DNA of 64,000 nt, taken from assembly GCA_963708725.1 (NCBI GenBank), contig CAVPTL010000008.1, positions 530,988 through 594,987 of the forward strand, in the 5' to 3' direction. The number at the start of each line of letters is the position of its first letter. Within the stretch, counting starts at the first letter, position 1. Shown here piece by piece: positions 61,048 to 64,000 of this stretch. A model generated the notes under the pieces. It saw only the letters and a program-made list of their open reading frames with translations, made no database searches and was not told the origin of the DNA. Position numbers and translations under genes: made by a program. Source of the stretch: an uncultured Actinomycetes bacterium (GTDB lineage Bacteria > Actinomycetota > Thermoleophilia > Gaiellales > JAICJC01).

Positions 61048-61279
61048 CGTCCGCCGGCCCGACGGGTTGGCGCAGGCGCGATACCTGATCGCGCAGCTGG
61101 TCGGCGGCGTCGTCGGCGGTGGATGCGATCCGGTCGAGTGCTCGCTTGGCGGTCTCGGCGTCGCCGGCGTCGAGTGCCGTGAGCGCAGCATCGGTCAGCA
61201 GCCTGATCGCTGTCACCGATTGCTGCGGCCCGTCGTGCAACCAGGCCGCGAGTCGTTCGCGCTCAGTCGATGAGGGCAT
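61037..61279 (-). CDS. stand-alone HisKA_3-type DHp (dimerisation/His-phosphotransfer) protein, 80 aa, no ATPase domain
   Basis: MPSSTERERLAAWLHDGPQQSVTAIRLLTDAALTALDAGDAETAKRALDRIASTADDAADQLRDQVSRLRQPVGPADDGG. Contains the NarX/DesK-type H-box (ER.RLA..LHD….Q). About 80% of codons end in G or C. It overlaps the regulator gene by 17 nt and the PfkB gene by 11 nt. In the track it is hidden inside the 181-aa ORF 61037..61582. Confidence 0.55.
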   Translation of the reverse strand: MPSSTERERLAAWLHDGPQQSVTAIRLLTDAALTALDAGDAETAKRALDRIASTADDAADQLRDQVSRLRQPVGPADDGG

Positions 61280-61922
61280 AGCGCAGCGCCAGTGCGACGG
61301 CTTGGGTGCGCGTGTCGGCTTCGAGCTTCGCCATCGCGTTTCGCACATGGGTGCGAACGGTCTCGGGGCTGATGAAGAGCTTCGCGGCGATCTCGGGGTT
61401 GGAGTTGCCGTCGGCCAGCAGGCCGAGGATTTCGCGCTCGCGACCCGACAGCGCCGGCAGCCGCTCGGTGGCCTTCGGGCTGACGAGTTCGGACGCCAGG
61501 GTCGGATCGACGTATGCCCCGCCTTCGGCCACGCGCTTGACCGCTCGCACGATGTCGTCGGGTGGCGCGTCCTTGAGCACATACCCGCGTGCGCCGCAGT
61601 CGAGGCCCTCCGCCAGTAGACCCCGCTCGCTGTGGGCGGTGTAGAGGATGACGGCCATGTCGGGGTGGTTGGCCGTTATCTGGCGGGTGGCCGCGAACCC
61701 GTCCATGCCCTCCATCCGCACGTCCATGACCACCACGTCGGGGCGGCGGCGACCGGCCATCTCGACCGCTCCGCGACCGCTGCTACTCTCGCCGATCACG
61801 GTAATCTCGCGGTCTCGGGCGAGAATCATCTTGACGCCTTCGCGCACGGCAGCGTGATCATCGACGACGATGCAGCGCACTTGCGTGAGTTCAGAACCGG
61901 AAGATCCGTGTGTGGCAGCCAC
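61263..61922 (-). CDS. NarL/LuxR-family response regulator
   Basis: REC domain (…CIVVDDHAAVREG…VVVMDVRMEGMDG…) plus a LuxR helix-turn-helix (LSGREREILGLLADGNSNPEIAAKLFISPETVRTHVRNAMAKL). Confidence 0.9.
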   Translation of the reverse strand: MAATHGSSGSELTQVRCIVVDDHAAVREGVKMILARDREITVIGESSSGRGAVEMAGRRRPDVVVMDVRMEGMDGFAATRQITANHPDMAVILYTAHSERGLLAEGLDCGARGYVLKDAPPDDIVRAVKRVAEGGAYVDPTLASELVSPKATERLPALSGREREILGLLADGNSNPEIAAKLFISPETVRTHVRNAMAKLEADTRTQAVALALRYALID

Positions 61923-61981
61923 GGGGCACCGTCCGAAATGTTTCCATCGTTTGTAGGAGCCGAACGTTACTTGGGAGAACT

Positions 61982-61987
61982 TACAAT
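61982..61987 (+). promoter_or_regulatory. candidate -10 element for a leaderless CDF transcript
   Basis: TACAAT lies 7 nt upstream of ATG 61995, with no Shine-Dalgarno in between (ACCCCGC). No convincing -35. Confidence 0.4.
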
Positions 61988-61994
61988 ACCCCGC

Positions 61995-63341
61995 ATGTCA
62001 ACCGCACGCCGAACCGCGTTGGCGTCTCTGGGCGGCGCGCTGGCTCTGGCGCTGGCGAAGCTCGCGGTCGGCCTTGCCACCGGGAGCCTCGGAATTCTGG
62101 CTGAGGCGGCCCATTCGGGCATGGATGCTGTTGCCGCCCTGTTGACCGTGTACGCGGTTGGGGTCGCCGAGCGGCCGGCCGATAGCGACCATCCCTACGG
62201 TCACGGCAAGGCTCAGCATCTGTCCGCGCTGGCCGAGGCGGCGATCCTGGCGGCGGTCGCGGTGTGGATCGCGGTCGAGGCGACCACGCGCCTCATCAAC
62301 GGCAGCACGGCGGTGTCGGCCACCTGGTACGCGTTCGTGTTGATGGTGATCGTGCTGGTCGTCGATGCCGGACGGTCAACGGCGTCCCTGCGGGTCGGCC
62401 GGGCCGAACACAACGCGGCGCTCCTGGCCAACGCCGCGCATTTTGCGTCGGACTTCGTCGGCAGCCTCGCGGTGCTGGTCGGCCTCATCCTGGTGTCGTT
62501 CGGAGTGCAGGGCGGCGACTCGGTGGCCGCCATCTTCGTGTCGGTGATCGTGCTTGCCGGTGCCGCCCGGCTGGCCTGGATCAACGTCGATGTGCTGATG
62601 GATCGTGCTCCGACCGGTACCGCTTGGCGGGTCGAGCGGGCCGCGCTTTCGGTGCCGGGAGTGACCGCCGTACGCTCGGTGCGTGTGCGCGAGGCCGGTG
62701 GTGAGAACTTTGCCGAAGTGGTGATCGGCGTGTCGCGACTGGCCGGGCTCGAGCGTTCGCACGACACGATGGATCTGGTGGAGCAGGCGGTGATCGAGGA
62801 GCTCGGCCGCGCGCAGGTGGTGGTGCACGCCGAACCCGACGCCGTGGGCGAGCGCGCCAACGATCGCATCGCCGCGGCCGCGCTGCGCGTCCCGGGTGTG
62901 GTCGAGACGCACAACATCACTGTCCTGGCTCAGCCCGACGGGCTCGCGGTCACGCTGCACGTGCGGCTCCCTGAGGACACTCCACTGTCGGAGGCCGGTG
63001 CCGTGGTGATGCGGTTGAAGCAGGAGATCCGGCGCGAGATCGGGGTCGCCCGCGTCTTCGCCCATGTGGAGCCATCCCTCCCGGACGCCCAACCCGCCCA
63101 GGAGGTCACGAGCGTCGAGCCCGCCGTGCTGCGGATCGCCGCTGACGCGGTGCGCTCGGTGGCGGGCGACGGCGCCGAGGTGGTCGTCTATCGCCAGGCC
63201 GAGCGCTTGCTGGTCGTGACCTCGGTGCACGGTCAGCCGACCATGACCGTTCGCGACTCACACGAACTCGCAAGCCGCATCGAAGACGTCGTCCGCGAAC
63301 GGCTCGACCACGTCGACGACGTGATCGTCGAGGTCATCTAG
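61995..63341 (+). CDS. cation diffusion facilitator (CDF) metal efflux protein with three tandem cytoplasmic C-terminal domains
   Basis: Six TM helices with HSGMD (TM2) and HFASD (TM5) metal-site motifs, then three ~75-aa repeats of the …PGV…V…V…G….V…HV…EP type. 448 aa. ATG inside the longer track ORF. Confidence 0.85.
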   Translation: MSTARRTALASLGGALALALAKLAVGLATGSLGILAEAAHSGMDAVAALLTVYAVGVAERPADSDHPYGHGKAQHLSALAEAAILAAVAVWIAVEATTRLINGSTAVSATWYAFVLMVIVLVVDAGRSTASLRVGRAEHNAALLANAAHFASDFVGSLAVLVGLILVSFGVQGGDSVAAIFVSVIVLAGAARLAWINVDVLMDRAPTGTAWRVERAALSVPGVTAVRSVRVREAGGENFAEVVIGVSRLAGLERSHDTMDLVEQAVIEELGRAQVVVHAEPDAVGERANDRIAAAALRVPGVVETHNITVLAQPDGLAVTLHVRLPEDTPLSEAGAVVMRLKQEIRREIGVARVFAHVEPSLPDAQPAQEVTSVEPAVLRIAADAVRSVAGDGAEVVVYRQAERLLVVTSVHGQPTMTVRDSHELASRIEDVVRERLDHVDDVIVEVI

Positions 63342-63356
63342 CCGTTAAAAGCAGAT

Positions 63357-63413
63357 GCCGGGGCCCCATTGGCAGGTGGGGTGGGGCCCCGGCGAGCACG
63401 CCCGAGGGCGTGC
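63357..63413. terminator. two adjacent GC-rich hairpins between convergent genes
   Basis: GCCGGGGCCCCA[13 nt]TGGGGCCCCGGC (63357-63393) and GCACGCC[CGAG]GGCGTGC (63396-63413). No clear U-tract. Confidence 0.45.
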
Positions 63414-63499
63414 AACTTGGCCGTCCAGACTTCCACCGACCCCGTTCTGCGCAGGCTGGGGCCGGTGGTGTCCGGTCGGTGGCTTTGAAGGTGAAGCGG

Positions 63500-64000
63500 T
63501 TAGCTGGCGGGGCGATCTGCGAGCGTGACCTGCACGTCGCGGGACTGCCCGTCGTGGGTGACGGTGAGTGACAGCGAATCGCCAGGGCTGTGAGCGGCGA
63601 TCGCGTCGTAGAGATCACTGAACTGTTCGATCTGCTTACCGTCGACTGCGGTGATCACATCACCGCCGAGCTTGAACGGCGTTCCGCCGATGGTTGCGGT
63701 TGAGGTGCCGCCCTGGAGGCCGGCCTTATCGGCGGGCGAACCGGCGGTGACGTCCTCGACCAGGAACCCGTGTTGGGTCGAGAGATGCAGCGCCTGTGCC
63801 AGCTCGGGGGTCAACGCGACGCCGCGAACTCCGATATAGGGGTGTGTGGCGTGACCGGTCTGGATGATCTGGTCGGCCACCGAGCGGGCGGTGTCGATCG
63901 GGATGGCAAAGCCGATGCCGATGCTGCCCGACTGCTCGCTGTTACTGCCCGTCAGGATCTGGCTGGTGATGCCGATGACCTGGCCCTCGGCGTTGATCAG
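63500..64000 (-). CDS. HtrA/DegP-family serine protease with PDZ domain; C-terminal part only, gene continues beyond the window
   Basis: The frame is open from the window end: LINAEGQVIGITSQ…GIGFAIPIDTARSVADQII…, then a PDZ domain (GFLVEDVTAGSPADKAGLQGG…GDVITAVDG). Confidence 0.85.
   Translation of the reverse strand: MINAEGQVIGITSQILTGSNSEQSGSIGIGFAIPIDTARSVADQIIQTGHATHPYIGVRGVALTPELAQALHLSTQHGFLVEDVTAGSPADKAGLQGGTSTATIGGTPFKLGGDVITAVDGKQIEQFSDLYDAIAAHSPGDSLSLTVTHDGQSRDVQVTLADRPAS

Noticed and set aside
61923-61994. NiCo/czcD-type metal riboswitch upstream of the CDF transporter.
   Set aside because: Only 72 nt are available, and they look like a promoter for a leaderless mRNA. That is too short for the four-way-junction riboswitch.
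1-64000. CRISPR arrays, rRNA genes, transposases, prophage, toxin-antitoxin or known defence-system genes.
   Set aside because: Reading both strands, I found no regularly spaced direct repeats, no rRNA-like conserved stretches, and no ORF with integrase, transposase, nuclease-helicase or Cas-like motifs. The window looks like core chromosome.

Overview
High-GC, Actinomycetota-type chromosomal window. It is densely packed with about 70 protein genes and one tRNA, and many starts and stops overlap by 4 nt (ATGA/GTGA). I saw no CRISPR array, transposase, integrase or phage genes. All calls come from reading the ORF translations and hand-folding DNA; no searches or computations were run.

Gene content, left to right:
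- 104-10042: MFS transporter, then the conserved cell-wall signalling operon fhaA-fhaB-pstP-rodA-pbpA-pknB, here extended by a translationally coupled ddl.
- 10086-17421: a second Ser/Thr kinase overlapping a polytopic membrane ORF, a CARDB-like protein, a DUF4446-like protein, a PhoU-like/PiT phosphate pair and a GAF-HD-GYP protein.
- 17564-21020: glnA followed by a pdtaS/pdtaR-like kinase and ANTAR regulator.
- 21036-27242: an orphan secreted-protein pair, an ABC-F ATPase and lutABC.
- 27464-34409: two convergent A2-type heme-copper oxidase operons.
- 34460-45189: SPFH/NfeD, RNase D, a GH99-like secreted glycosidase, tRNA-Arg(CCT), a polar amino-acid ABC transporter with DUF1028 and M20 peptidase genes, and a GT87-like membrane protein.
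- 45611-52161: a gamma-glutamyl-polyamine-type cluster, an MFS/MerR pair and an MBL-fold hydrolase.
- 52164-59809: an F420 island (cofD, cofE, cofC, fgd, three LLM and two PPOX enzymes).
- 59818-64000: a six-gene operon with two response regulators, a CDF transporter and a partial HtrA protease.

Most interesting observations:
1. The glnA leader folds into two hexaloop hairpins plus an overlapping terminator, as in ANTAR-regulated leaders. The ANTAR regulator pair lies directly downstream.
2. An untracked 80-aa stand-alone HisKA_3 DHp protein lies between a NarL-type regulator and a receiver-only protein, suggesting a Spo0F/Spo0B/Spo0A-like relay fused to PfkB and F420 enzymes.
3. One oxidase subunit I carries an extra His-rich two-helix N-terminus and an in-frame USP-like C-terminal domain that has its own Shine-Dalgarno and ATG.
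4. Two untracked small membrane ORFs follow the second oxidase subunit I.
5. A palindromic element occurs twice, both times between convergent genes.
6. The GH99-like enzyme has a signal peptide with no canonical start codon.
7. A leaderless mini-gene with a near-consensus promoter sits in an AT-rich islet.
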